The position numbers and the translations under genes were made by a program. This document shows, one piece after another, positions 1 to 8,598 of a stretch of 32,000 nt of DNA. Source of the stretch: a bacterium. Lineage in GTDB: Bacteria; Bacillota; Clostridia; Oscillospirales; Oscillospiraceae. The notes under the pieces are model-generated. The model did no database searches, had not been told where the DNA came from, and saw only the letters and a list, made by a program, of their open reading frames with translations. The stretch covers positions 216,728 through 248,727 of the forward strand of contig CAVBPR010000002.1 in assembly GCA_963597355.1 (NCBI GenBank). Direction: 5' to 3'. How positions within the stretch are numbered: position 1 is the first letter of the stretch; every line of letters begins with the position of its first letter.

Positions 1-569
1 GGACGACGTACCGGCACGTTGGCGTAATTTTCTCCGACAGTAACAGTATGATCACGCTCCAGCGTTAGATGCCAGATTTTCCACACATTGTTTTCTTTTA
101 TCAGGTCACAGTGAATGAGGCCAAAATCCATATAACTGGCGGCACTTCCATCCGGGTGACCGGTTGACTGAAAGCTAAGGCGATAACCTTGATACTGAGC
201 TGTCATGCCGTCTTCAGCAATGTAAACCAGAGGAGTGGTAGCAGTGTCCATGGCGGCACAGCCGAATCCATAGGCATCGGAAGAAATTTCCCCTGTACTG
301 TCCAGATAGGGTTTCAGAGCAGCTGCCCGCTGCTCTTGCCGGAAGAGCACATAATGGCGCACAATTTCGTCAAAGCCTACATAGTATCCGTTGTTATAAC
401 CAAGCGCGGCAGTGCGGCGATGGGAAGGTTCCTGTACCCAAAGTTGTTCCAGCTCCTCTCGGCGCATTTCATTGGCGTGGAAGTAGCTATGGCGATGGAT
501 TACTTTGCAGACTTCTTCTCTGTCCCAAAGGCGCATGACCTGTTCATCTTCTGTGAAAATTCTGCTCAT
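1..569 (-). CDS. SnoaL-like / NTF2-fold domain protein (partial; C-terminus lies beyond the window start)
   Basis: Minus-strand frame is open from ATG at 567-569 (RBS GGAGGGG upstream) to the window edge: MSRIFTEDEQVMRLWDREEVCKVIHRHSYFHANE...ENNVWKIWHLTLERD. It resembles the next gene (ENGIWKIWHMLYLKD). It is absent from the ORF track because no stop lies in the window. Confidence 0.6.
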   Translation of the reverse strand, partial: MSRIFTEDEQVMRLWDREEVCKVIHRHSYFHANEMRREELEQLWVQEPSHRRTAALGYNNGYYVGFDEIVRHYVLFRQEQRAAALKPYLDSTGEISSDAYGFGCAAMDTATTPLVYIAEDGMTAQYQGYRLSFQSTGHPDGSAASYMDFGLIHCDLIKENNVWKIWHLTLERDHTVTVGENYANVPVRR

Positions 570-583
570 TTGTATCCCCTCCA

Positions 584-1312
584 TCAAATTCCATAGCTAA
601 ATGTGTCCGAAAAAGTGACATAGGGTTCGGGCATTCTGGGTGAAGGCGTGAAAGCGCGGTGTGCAGAATATGGTTCACGCAGTACGCACTTCCGGTTCGG
701 TTCCAATGCATGATACGCCTCCATTTCTAAAAACTCCGGGCGAGGCGCATAGGTTTTTAATGGGCCGACCCAACTGGAACCGCAGGGTCGATCAATGTCC
801 TTAAGGTAAAGCATGTGCCATATTTTCCAGATTCCGTTCTCACGAATAAAGTCTACAGCAAACCAGCCCCATTCCCAGAAACCCTGGGGGCCACCGGCGG
901 TGAGCACGGAATAAGAACCGCGGATGCACCAAAGACCTTTGGCCGTGTTGCCATCCTCACTGAGTTCGATGACAGGAGTGTCTACAGGGCGATAAGTCAT
1001 CATTCCAACGCCGTAGAGCTCTTCCTCGCTTTTGTCGCCTAACTGTTGAGGAAATGCAGCTGCAATCAGTTTGCTTTCCAGTGCAATGCGATTTGCTTGG
1101 TCGGCATAGTAAGCAGCTACATGGTCAGGGCCGGTAAAATATCCCGTGTTGATACCGAGACAAACATCCTCTCGTTGACTCCAGTAGGCAGAAAACATAC
1201 TGCCTTCTTTTTTCAAGGTGTAATCCTGAGACATACGCCCCATCAAATTTTTGATTTCTCGCTGGTCTTCCCAGCGGCTCAGAAGGCGCTCTGAGACTGC
1301 ACTGTGTGCCAT
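584..1312 (-). CDS. SnoaL-like / NTF2-fold domain protein
   Basis: Track ORF 584..1369, trimmed to the ATG at 1310-1312 (MAHSAVSERLL...), which has an AAGGAG RBS. It is a paralogue of the upstream partial gene. Confidence 0.6.
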   Translation of the reverse strand: MAHSAVSERLLSRWEDQREIKNLMGRMSQDYTLKKEGSMFSAYWSQREDVCLGINTGYFTGPDHVAAYYADQANRIALESKLIAAAFPQQLGDKSEEELYGVGMMTYRPVDTPVIELSEDGNTAKGLWCIRGSYSVLTAGGPQGFWEWGWFAVDFIRENGIWKIWHMLYLKDIDRPCGSSWVGPLKTYAPRPEFLEMEAYHALEPNRKCVLREPYSAHRAFTPSPRMPEPYVTFSDTFSYGI

Positions 1313-1407
1313 ATGCTCACTCCTTATTGTAATTTTATCGTGTAATCCTGTACTGATTTTATGATACACCTCTCATTTGTTGGAGTAAAACGAGAAAAAT
1401 GCACGCT

Positions 1408-1430
1408 ATCTGTGCGAAAAACGCACAGAT
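1408..1430. promoter_or_regulatory. Perfect palindrome ATCTGTGCG-N5-CGCACAGAT (contains a T-N11-A core), a putative LysR operator
   Basis: Read directly from the sequence. It sits 4 nt upstream of a TATAAT at 1435-1440, in the divergent intergenic region between the LysR gene and the SnoaL-like gene. Confidence 0.55.
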
Positions 1431-1464
1431 GTGGTATAATCATTCAGTAAGGAGGGGAGAGCGA

Positions 1465-2328
1465 ATGACGTTGGAACAGCTGCGCCATTTTAAAGAGGCG
1501 GCGGAGACAGGAAGCTTTTCTCGTGCGGCAGAGCGATTATTTGTCAGTCATTCCACAATCAGTCGAAGTGTACAAGCGTTAGAGCGGGAGTTTAACACTC
1601 AGTTGATGGTTCGAGGTATCAGGGCGGTGTCGTGCACGCAAGCGGGAGAAATTTTGTTGGACGAAGCGCGTGAACTGTTGCATCGTGCAGATCATGTGAC
1701 GGATCGATTGGCAGAATATAGCATCAAGCGGGAACTGAGGGTAATCAGCGTGGGGCTTTATGCACCGAAGCTTTTTGATCAATTTCGATGTTTTCAACAA
1801 GAGTATCCAGAACTTACTGTACATATGGAACAGGGGAATCAGTTGGAAATCATAGAAAAACTAAGCAACCAGGAGGCGGATCTTACGATCACCTTTTCTT
1901 ACTCCTGGCCCACAGCTGAGGGGTGGGAAGCGTTAGTTTTGGAAGAGGGCCGTTTCTGTGCGCTGGTATCACCTCACCATCCATTGGCTCAGCAGACTTT
2001 CTTAAAAGCGGAGGATTTGGAACATTCCCAGGCAGTGTTAGGGGAGAACCCGTTTCGGTATCCGAAGAATCATTCTGTTCCACCGACAGTTGATCGGCTG
2101 GAGCGGGATATGACGTCCATTTTACTTCAAGTGAAAACAGGAAAAGGTATGGCCGTTTTACCGGAACATGCCGCCGCAGAATATGGTCAAAGCTGTATAC
2201 AATTGCCGATTCGAGGCCGGGGAACGGAATATCAATTACTATTGGGCTGGCGTAAAGACAATAAAAATCAAGCGGTGCGACAGGCGGTGGATTATTTTTA
2301 TTCGCTTCGAAATGATACGGGTGTGTAG
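1465..2328 (+). CDS. LysR-family transcriptional regulator
   Basis: N-terminal HTH MTLEQLRHFKEAAETGSFSRAAERLFVSHSTISRSVQALE. AGGAGGGG RBS before the ATG at 1465. The track start at 1399 would overlap its own promoter. Confidence 0.85.
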   Translation: MTLEQLRHFKEAAETGSFSRAAERLFVSHSTISRSVQALEREFNTQLMVRGIRAVSCTQAGEILLDEARELLHRADHVTDRLAEYSIKRELRVISVGLYAPKLFDQFRCFQQEYPELTVHMEQGNQLEIIEKLSNQEADLTITFSYSWPTAEGWEALVLEEGRFCALVSPHHPLAQQTFLKAEDLEHSQAVLGENPFRYPKNHSVPPTVDRLERDMTSILLQVKTGKGMAVLPEHAAAEYGQSCIQLPIRGRGTEYQLLLGWRKDNKNQAVRQAVDYFYSLRNDTGV

Positions 2329-2341
2329 ATGGTAATAATAT

Positions 2342-2400
2342 GGCACTTCCTTCTAGATGACCAGTGAAATCAAGGAAAGCCATAGAGGAAGTGCCTTTGT
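2342..2400 (+). terminator. Hairpin plus T-run after the LysR gene
   Basis: GGCACTTCC(T)TCTA ... TAGAGGAAGTGCC followed by TTTGT. The loop is large. Confidence 0.4.
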
Positions 2401-2410
2401 ATGAAAGAGT

Positions 2411-2455
2411 AAAAAACAACAACGGCGTGTTGCACATGCAACACGCCGTTGTATT
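2411..2455. terminator. Bidirectional intrinsic terminator (serves the phosphohexomutase gene on the minus strand)
   Basis: ACGGCGTGTTG-CACATG-CAACACGCCGT, flanked by an A-run on the left and a T-rich run on the right. Confidence 0.7.
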
Positions 2456-2463
2456 TGGTGTAA

Positions 2464-4194
2464 TTAGATATTTTTGATTGTTTCAGCAAAAGCAGCATAG
2501 CGAGCCACTTTTTCATCTGCATCCGCCTGATCGTTACCACTGGCGAGAATGTATACCTTGATTTTTGGCTCTGTGCCGGATGGACGAATGATGAAACTGG
2601 TACCATCTTCCAGCTCATAGCGCAGTACATTGGAACCGGACAATTCCATTGTAGAATGCTCGCCGGTAACCGTATTGTACACACTGCCGTCTTGATAATC
2701 CTTTTGTTCGACAACGGCAACATCGGCAACAACGTTTAGAGGATCCTGACGCAATTTGCTCATGATCTCTTTCATCTTAACCATGCCATCCAGACCGGGC
2801 ATTACCAGATTGATTGTCTTCTCACGGTAATAGCCGTACTTGGCATAGCAATCCTGCAAAGCATCATACATCGTTTTACCCTGGGTCGCATAATAGCAGG
2901 CGGCCTCGGCCAAGATCAATGCAGCTGTAACAGCGTCCTTATCCCGGACAAAATCGCCAAACATGTAGCCATAGGACTCTTCAAAGGACATGATGACCTT
3001 TCCGGAGCCGCTTTCTTCAAGCTGGTTTTTCTTTTCTGCAAGGAATTTGAATCCGGTAAAGGTATCAAAGCACTGTACGCCGTTGGCTTCCGCAACTTTG
3101 CGTGCCATTTCAGTGGAAACCAGACTCTTTAGTACCACCGGATTTTCTGGCATTTTACCGGAACGCTTCAAGGCACCGATCAAATAATCCAGCAAGATGA
3201 CGCCGTTCTGGTTGCCGGTAATTGTGATGAACTCACCAGAAGCATCCCGGACCATGATTCCGATCCGGTCCGCATCAGGATCAGAACCCATAATGAAGGA
3301 TACGTTTTCCTTCTTTGCCATTTCAACCGCAATGGCAAAGCCTTCTGGGTTTTCTGGGTTTGGAGATACAACCGTTGGGAAATTTCCGTCGATAACCATC
3401 TGTTCAGGAACACAAATTACATGCTTCATCCCCAAACGCTTAAGTGCTTCCGGAATCAGTTTATAACCTGTGCCATGGAAGGGGGTGAAGATAATAGAAA
3501 AGTCGTCGGCAACTTTTTTTACACTCTCCAGATCATTCGCCTGTGCCATGACATTTTCCAAAAACTTTTCATCGGTTTCGTTTCCAATGAGCGTGATCAG
3601 TCCGGACTTGACAGCTTCATCGAAATCAGCCAGATGGATGGAATCAAAAACATCAAGTTCCTCCATCTTTGCAGCAATAGCGCTGGCGTGGTTCGGAGGC
3701 AACTGAGCACCATCTTCCCAATATACCTTGTAGCCGTTATACTCTTTCGGATTATGTGAAGCTGTAATGTTGACACCGGCCTGGGCATGATAGGTACGGA
3801 CAGCAAAAGATAATTCAGGCGTGGGACGCAAGGCATCAAACAACTTGACCTTAATACCATTGCCCGCCATCACACGGGCTGTTTCTCTGGCGAATTCAGC
3901 AGAATGATTGCGGCAGTCGTAGCAGACAACAACACCTCGATCCATTGCAGCGCTTCCTTCTGCCTTAATAATTTCTGCAAAGGCCTGTGATGTGTGGCGT
4001 ATTACATGAATATTCATACGATTCAAGCCAACCGCCATAGTACCACGCAGGCCGGCCGTGCCGAATTCCAGCAGGCCAAAGAATCGACTTTCAATTTCTT
4101 TGGGATCTTGCGCAATGGACTGCAGCTCGGCTCTTTCCGCCTCGTTCAGAGCGGGAGAACTAAGCCACTTCTGATAAGTTTCCATGTAAGCCAT
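2464..4194 (-). CDS. Phospho-sugar mutase (alpha-D-phosphohexomutase family; phosphoglucomutase/phosphomannomutase)
   Basis: 576 aa. Active-site Ser loop TASHNPKEYNGYK and metal-binding loop GSDPDADR. GGAGG RBS. Confidence 0.9.
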   Translation of the reverse strand: MAYMETYQKWLSSPALNEAERAELQSIAQDPKEIESRFFGLLEFGTAGLRGTMAVGLNRMNIHVIRHTSQAFAEIIKAEGSAAMDRGVVVCYDCRNHSAEFARETARVMAGNGIKVKLFDALRPTPELSFAVRTYHAQAGVNITASHNPKEYNGYKVYWEDGAQLPPNHASAIAAKMEELDVFDSIHLADFDEAVKSGLITLIGNETDEKFLENVMAQANDLESVKKVADDFSIIFTPFHGTGYKLIPEALKRLGMKHVICVPEQMVIDGNFPTVVSPNPENPEGFAIAVEMAKKENVSFIMGSDPDADRIGIMVRDASGEFITITGNQNGVILLDYLIGALKRSGKMPENPVVLKSLVSTEMARKVAEANGVQCFDTFTGFKFLAEKKNQLEESGSGKVIMSFEESYGYMFGDFVRDKDAVTAALILAEAACYYATQGKTMYDALQDCYAKYGYYREKTINLVMPGLDGMVKMKEIMSKLRQDPLNVVADVAVVEQKDYQDGSVYNTVTGEHSTMELSGSNVLRYELEDGTSFIIRPSGTEPKIKVYILASGNDQADADEKVARYAAFAETIKNI

Positions 4195-4215
4195 AGGGAT
4201 ACCTCCATTGTGAAT

Positions 4216-4698
4216 TTATTTATGATATCGAGAACCTTCATTAATTTGAAAGGCACGATAAATTTGTTCAAGCAACATGACGCGCGCCAGGTGATGCGGA
4301 AAAGTCATTGGCGACATGGAAAGTTTCTGATCTGCAATGGCTTTTATGCTGCTGTGAAGGCCAAAAGAACTGCCAATAAGAAATGTAATCTGTGATGCAC
4401 CGGATACAGTCCATGATTGAATGCTGCGTGCAAGGGTTACGCTGTCCATCATAGTTCCCTCAATGCACATTGCAATGACAATCCCGTTTTTCGGAAGCTT
4501 TCCACGGATTAACTCGGCTTCTTTTTGTAACGCATTGTCAATTTGAGCGGGGGAGGGATTCTCATTTAAACGCTGTTCCGGCAACTCAACTAGATTTAAT
4601 TTACAGGAACGGGTCAGCCGCTTCATGTATTCCTGCACTGCGGCGAGGTAAAATTTTTCTTTTAGCTTTCCGACACAAACGATGTTTACAGTAACCAA
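4216..4698 (-). CDS. rlmH: 23S rRNA (pseudouridine1915-N3)-methyltransferase RlmH (SPOUT family)
   Basis: VNIVCVGKLKEKFYLAAVQEYMKRL... and a length of about 160 aa match RlmH. I place the start at TTG 4696-4698, which has a GGAGG RBS 7 nt upstream. The track start at 4725 overlaps the upstream gene. Confidence 0.85.
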   Translation of the reverse strand: MVTVNIVCVGKLKEKFYLAAVQEYMKRLTRSCKLNLVELPEQRLNENPSPAQIDNALQKEAELIRGKLPKNGIVIAMCIEGTMMDSVTLARSIQSWTVSGASQITFLIGSSFGLHSSIKAIADQKLSMSPMTFPHHLARVMLLEQIYRAFQINEGSRYHK

Positions 4699-4700
4699 AA

Positions 4701-5477
4701 TTATACCTCCACAGGTAATCCGCACTCTTGTCGGGGAGCAACCGTAACAGAAACCCGATCCAATCCTTCCTGTTGGAGAATGTTTTTTACTGTGCCAAGG
4801 GCGCGTTCCGGGGTGTTATTTTCTTTGCTTAGGTGTCCGAGAATCAGTTTTTTTGTTCCGTGCTTTACCAAATCACAACACAGCATTGAGCAGGAGGCAT
4901 TTGACAAATGTCCTTGATCGCCAAGAATGCGAGCCTTCAGATAGGAAGGATAGGGACCTGATTTGACCCATTCCGGCTCATGGTTTGCTTCTACGAGAGC
5001 GAGGTGGGAGCCAAGAACACTTTCCCTTACTTCCTCTGTCACTTGTCCCAGATCGGTTACGATAGAGCACTTTCGTTCCCCATCAGCGAAGGAGAAGCCG
5101 ACGCTTCCGGGTGCGTCGTGGGAAGTTGCAAAGGATGTTATCTGCAGATTCTGAACCTGAAAGCGATCCGAGCGTTGAATAAGATGGATGCGGCTTTCCG
5201 CTTCAGGAAGTTGCGAACAAATCGCAAAAGCGGTCTGCTGTGTGGTATATATTGGGCATTTGCTGCGTTTTAAAAAGACGCGTAATCCGCTTATGTGGTC
5301 ACTATGAGAGTGGGTGATGCAAATTGCAGATAAGTCAGATGGGACCCGCCCAACCTGAGCCAGACCGGTTGTAATTCGTTTTGCGGATATACCGGCATCC
5401 ACTAAAATAAAGGTGTTCTTCGCACTGATTAATGCAGCATTTCCGCTTGAGCCGCTGGCCAAGGTGCATAAATTCAA
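4701..5477 (-). CDS. MBL-fold metallo-hydrolase (YycJ/WalJ-like)
   Basis: HSHSDH metal-binding motif, 258 aa, TTG start with GGGAGG RBS. It lies directly upstream of rlmH, as in many Firmicutes. Confidence 0.8.
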   Translation of the reverse strand: MNLCTLASGSSGNAALISAKNTFILVDAGISAKRITTGLAQVGRVPSDLSAICITHSHSDHISGLRVFLKRSKCPIYTTQQTAFAICSQLPEAESRIHLIQRSDRFQVQNLQITSFATSHDAPGSVGFSFADGERKCSIVTDLGQVTEEVRESVLGSHLALVEANHEPEWVKSGPYPSYLKARILGDQGHLSNASCSMLCCDLVKHGTKKLILGHLSKENNTPERALGTVKNILQQEGLDRVSVTVAPRQECGLPVEV

Positions 5478-5491
5478 GAAAAATCCTCCCT

Positions 5492-5525
5492 GAAAAAAAC
5501 AGACGTCGGGGAATCCGTCGCCTGT
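5492..5525 (-). terminator. Intrinsic terminator after murA
   Basis: On the minus strand: ACAGGCGACGG-ATTC-CCGACGTCTGT followed by TTTTTTTC. Confidence 0.6.
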
Positions 5526-5537
5526 TTTAATTTGGCA

Positions 5538-6836
5538 TTAACCGATGTTGGAACCGCGACGACCGGTATCGTCGGGTTCATCTACCAGCCGAATATTAGC
5601 ACCGACATTGCGAAGCTTGCCGACAATGTCCTCATAACCACGCTCAACATGGTATATATGATCAATCTCGGTTACACCATCTGCGGCCAAGCCGGCAACA
5701 ACCATGGCAGCGCCGGCGCGCAAATCACAGGCGCGTACAGGCGCTCCGGTCAGTCGAGCGACACCTTCAATTACAGCGATTTTGCCATCCACCTGAATTT
5801 TAGCGCCCATGCGCTTCAGTTCATCTGCATAGCGATAACGATTTTCCCAAATGCCTTCCGTTACTACGCTTGTGCCCTGTGCTAGGCAAAGACAAACCGC
5901 AATTTGCGACTGCATATCCGTGGGGAAACCGGGATAAGGCATTGTTTTGACATTTGCATGTTTCATCGTACCCAAACGGGTTACACGAATGTCCTCTCCC
6001 AGTTCTTCAACCTCGACACCCATCTCGACCAATTTCGCAGTGATACAATCCAAATGTTTTGGAATAACATTTTTGATGAGCACACTTCCACCAGCTGCGG
6101 CAACAGCGGTCATATAAGTGCCAGCCTCAATTTGATCTGGAATAATGGAATAGCTTCCGCCATGCATTTTATCCACGCCTTTGATCTTGATAATATCCGT
6201 TCCTGCGCCCATGATATTACCGCCCATAGCGTTGATAAAATTAGCTAAATCAACAATATGAGGTTCTTTGGCTGCATTTTCGATGATTGTTGTGCCCTTG
6301 GCGAATACAGAGGCGAGCATCACGTTCATAGTTGCGCCAACGGACACCTGATCCATATAGATGTGGGTTCCACTTAAACCGTTACTGGGAGCGGAAGCGT
6401 GGACAATTCCCTGCTTTACATCGATGATGGCACCCAGAGCACTAAAGCCCTTCAAGTGCAGATCGATCGGGCGAGCACCTAAATCACAACCGCCCGGCAT
6501 GGAAACGTGGGCATTTCCAAAGCGGCTCAGCAGTGCGCCGATAAAATAATAAGATGCTCGAATTTGGCGAGAAAGCTCATAGGACACACTTGTGCTGTGA
6601 ATTTTGGAACAGTCAATTTCGACTGTATTTCGATTGATGGTGCGCACATTCGCGCCCAGTTCTTCTAAAATTTCAAGGATTAACGTAACATCACTGATTT
6701 GCGGAATATTTTCTATGCGGCAAACGCCATCAACCAACAATGCGGCAGGAATAATAGCAACTGCAGCATTTTTTGCACCACTAATACTGATTTCACCGTG
6801 AAGGGGCTGGCCGCCCTGAATCACATATTTCAACAA
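5538..6836 (-). CDS. murA: UDP-N-acetylglucosamine 1-carboxyvinyltransferase
   Basis: 432 aa. ISGAKNAAV and the active-site Cys loop PGGCDLGARPIDLH. TTG start with GAGGTG RBS. Confidence 0.93.
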   Translation of the reverse strand: MLKYVIQGGQPLHGEISISGAKNAAVAIIPAALLVDGVCRIENIPQISDVTLILEILEELGANVRTINRNTVEIDCSKIHSTSVSYELSRQIRASYYFIGALLSRFGNAHVSMPGGCDLGARPIDLHLKGFSALGAIIDVKQGIVHASAPSNGLSGTHIYMDQVSVGATMNVMLASVFAKGTTIIENAAKEPHIVDLANFINAMGGNIMGAGTDIIKIKGVDKMHGGSYSIIPDQIEAGTYMTAVAAAGGSVLIKNVIPKHLDCITAKLVEMGVEVEELGEDIRVTRLGTMKHANVKTMPYPGFPTDMQSQIAVCLCLAQGTSVVTEGIWENRYRYADELKRMGAKIQVDGKIAVIEGVARLTGAPVRACDLRAGAAMVVAGLAADGVTEIDHIYHVERGYEDIVGKLRNVGANIRLVDEPDDTGRRGSNIG

Positions 6837-7006
6837 AGGAATGCACCTCTTTAAATTTATCTATAGGCGATAGAAGCAGCCCGATAAAACCGGCAGAGAA
6901 AAGAATGTTACGGAGCAGAGGATATTGCGCTCGCTCAACGCGCTTCATACCGCCTTAGAGTATAACACTTATGTCAAATAAAAGCAAAGAAAAATTCATA
7001 AATTTG

Positions 7007-7054
7007 AAAAAAATTTGGGAGGTCATAAGCAAAAAATTGCAATGATCTCCCAAA
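7007..7054 (-). terminator. Intrinsic terminator after hprK
   Basis: On the minus strand: TTTGGGAGATCAT ... ATGACCTCCCAAA followed by a T7 run. Confidence 0.65.
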
Positions 7055-7110
7055 AAATATTTTAATTCTTGCTTGTTTTTGAATAATTATACGCAACCGA
7101 AAGGTGGACA

Positions 7111-8058
7111 TTATTTCCATTTTGCCTGTTCGGCCTCAAAATGAGCATTGATTTGTCGCGTGAATTCCTCGGCTGCATTGTAACCCATCTTTTTTTGCCG
7201 GTTATTTAATGCGGCCACTTCGATAATCACCGCCAGATTTCGTCCCGGCTTGACGGGAACTGTGACGATCGGCACGTCCACATCTAATACCTTGGTATAG
7301 TGATTTTCCAGGCCGATGCGGTCATAATTTCCGTCGTCTTTCCACTGCTCAATGTGAATGATCATATCGATTCGAGTGGATTCCTTAACAGCGGACATAC
7401 CAAATAAGTGGCGTACATCAATGACACCAATGCCTCTCAGCTCCATATAGTAACGAATCAGAGCAGGGGATGTGCCCATCAGACTGTGTGCAGAGGAGCG
7501 CGTGATCTCAACGGCATCATCAGCGATCAGCCGATGACCGCGCTTTAGTAGTTCTACAGCGGTTTCACTTTTGCCGACGCCGCTTTCTCCAGTCAATAAA
7601 ATGCCTTCGCCATAAACCTCTACTAAAACACCGTGCCGGGTGATTCGTGGAGAGAGGAAATTTTTAAGTGTAGCAGTCAGGGTGCTCATAAAATCGCCGG
7701 TTGTCTCTTGGGTGCGAAGGATTGTGCGTCCATGTTTTTCTGCCATTTCTAGGCATTCCGGATAGGGCTCCAGTCCTCTGGCCAAAATCAGTGCGGGAAT
7801 TTCATAGGCCAGCAAACGGTCGAAACAATCTCTGCGTTGTTCACTGGATAAATTTCTAAGGTAACCATACTCCATATTTCCCAGCAGTTGAATCCGTTGG
7901 CTTTCAAAGTGCTCGAAATACCCTACCAGTTGCAGTCCGGGACGATCTACGCTGTCCACATAAACCCGGGTTTGTTCGCAATCTTTCACACCATATAGGA
8001 TTTCCAGAGAAAATTCTTTGATAACTCGATCTAAAGTGACAAATCGATTTCCTTTCAT
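7111..8058 (-). CDS. hprK: HPr kinase/phosphorylase
   Basis: 315 aa. P-loop GESGVGKSE and the C-terminal kinase core LIADDAVEI...LRGIGVIDV. Confidence 0.92.
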   Translation of the reverse strand: MKGNRFVTLDRVIKEFSLEILYGVKDCEQTRVYVDSVDRPGLQLVGYFEHFESQRIQLLGNMEYGYLRNLSSEQRRDCFDRLLAYEIPALILARGLEPYPECLEMAEKHGRTILRTQETTGDFMSTLTATLKNFLSPRITRHGVLVEVYGEGILLTGESGVGKSETAVELLKRGHRLIADDAVEITRSSAHSLMGTSPALIRYYMELRGIGVIDVRHLFGMSAVKESTRIDMIIHIEQWKDDGNYDRIGLENHYTKVLDVDVPIVTVPVKPGRNLAVIIEVAALNNRQKKMGYNAAEEFTRQINAHFEAEQAKWK

Positions 8059-8130
8059 TGGATCTCCCTCCTAAAACTCTCTATAGTAATCAACCTATTT
8101 TATCCGATCTGCAAGCAGCCTGCAACTGCT

Positions 8131-8180
8131 AAAATATATAAAAGGCCCGTTCAAGAAGTAAGACCTGAACGGGACCTTTT
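8131..8180 (-). terminator. Intrinsic terminator after the 131-aa gene
   Basis: GGCCCGTTCA ... TGAACGGGACC hairpin flanked by A/T runs. On the minus strand it is followed by TTTTATATATTTT. Confidence 0.6.
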
Positions 8181-8189
8181 CGCGATGCA

Positions 8190-8585
8190 TTAGAGATCGA
8201 TGCGGCCGCAGAAATTCTCATTGACTACATAGTATGCAGCATTATCTTCCGGCTTTAAATAGATACGGCAGGATGTTACAGCGGCACGCTTATTTTCTAC
8301 GCGGAAAATTGACTTTGCCTGAGCTGCAAGCGCTTCCATGTCGATCTCTTTGCCCTGGTACTGGACAAAGTATTCCGGCTTCTTCGGAGTCACCTTTTTG
8401 GCGGCATCTTTTACTGCTTTGCCTGCTTGAGCTGCCTTTTTTACCGTGGGTGCAGCAGCTTTTTTTGCTTTTTCCACAACGGGAGTGGCGGCATCCTTCA
8501 CGGTGGCGGCGGCATCGGAAATAATTTCAGCGGTCCGCTTGGTTTCAACCTGTTTATTTTCAGTAGGCTTTTTTGTCATATTCAT
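8190..8585 (-). CDS. Hypothetical protein with a Lys/Ala-rich N-terminal half and a small globular C-terminal domain
   Basis: AAGGAG RBS. KKAAAPTVKKAAQAGKAVKDAAKKVTPKKPE low-complexity region, then YFVQYQGKEIDMEALAAQAKSIFR...NFCGRIDL. I recognise no family with confidence. Confidence 0.6.
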   Translation of the reverse strand: MNMTKKPTENKQVETKRTAEIISDAAATVKDAATPVVEKAKKAAAPTVKKAAQAGKAVKDAAKKVTPKKPEYFVQYQGKEIDMEALAAQAKSIFRVENKRAAVTSCRIYLKPEDNAAYYVVNENFCGRIDL

Positions 8586-8598
8586 GCTCCTTTTGTCG

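Noticed and set aside
189-596. 135-aa plus-strand ORF at the window start
   Set aside because: It is antisense to a better-supported minus-strand SnoaL-like gene that has a strong RBS and a paralogue next door. It has no RBS and an odd composition.
1399-1464. N-terminal extensions of track ORFs (LysR from 1399, HxlR from 10497, RlmH from 4725, adaptor-2 from 24112, Dabb from 28544, SnoaL-like from 1369, LD-carboxypeptidase from 29420)
   Set aside because: In each case an internal start has a proper RBS and matches the family's usual N-terminus. The extensions overlap promoters or upstream genes, or are AT-rich non-coding-like sequence.
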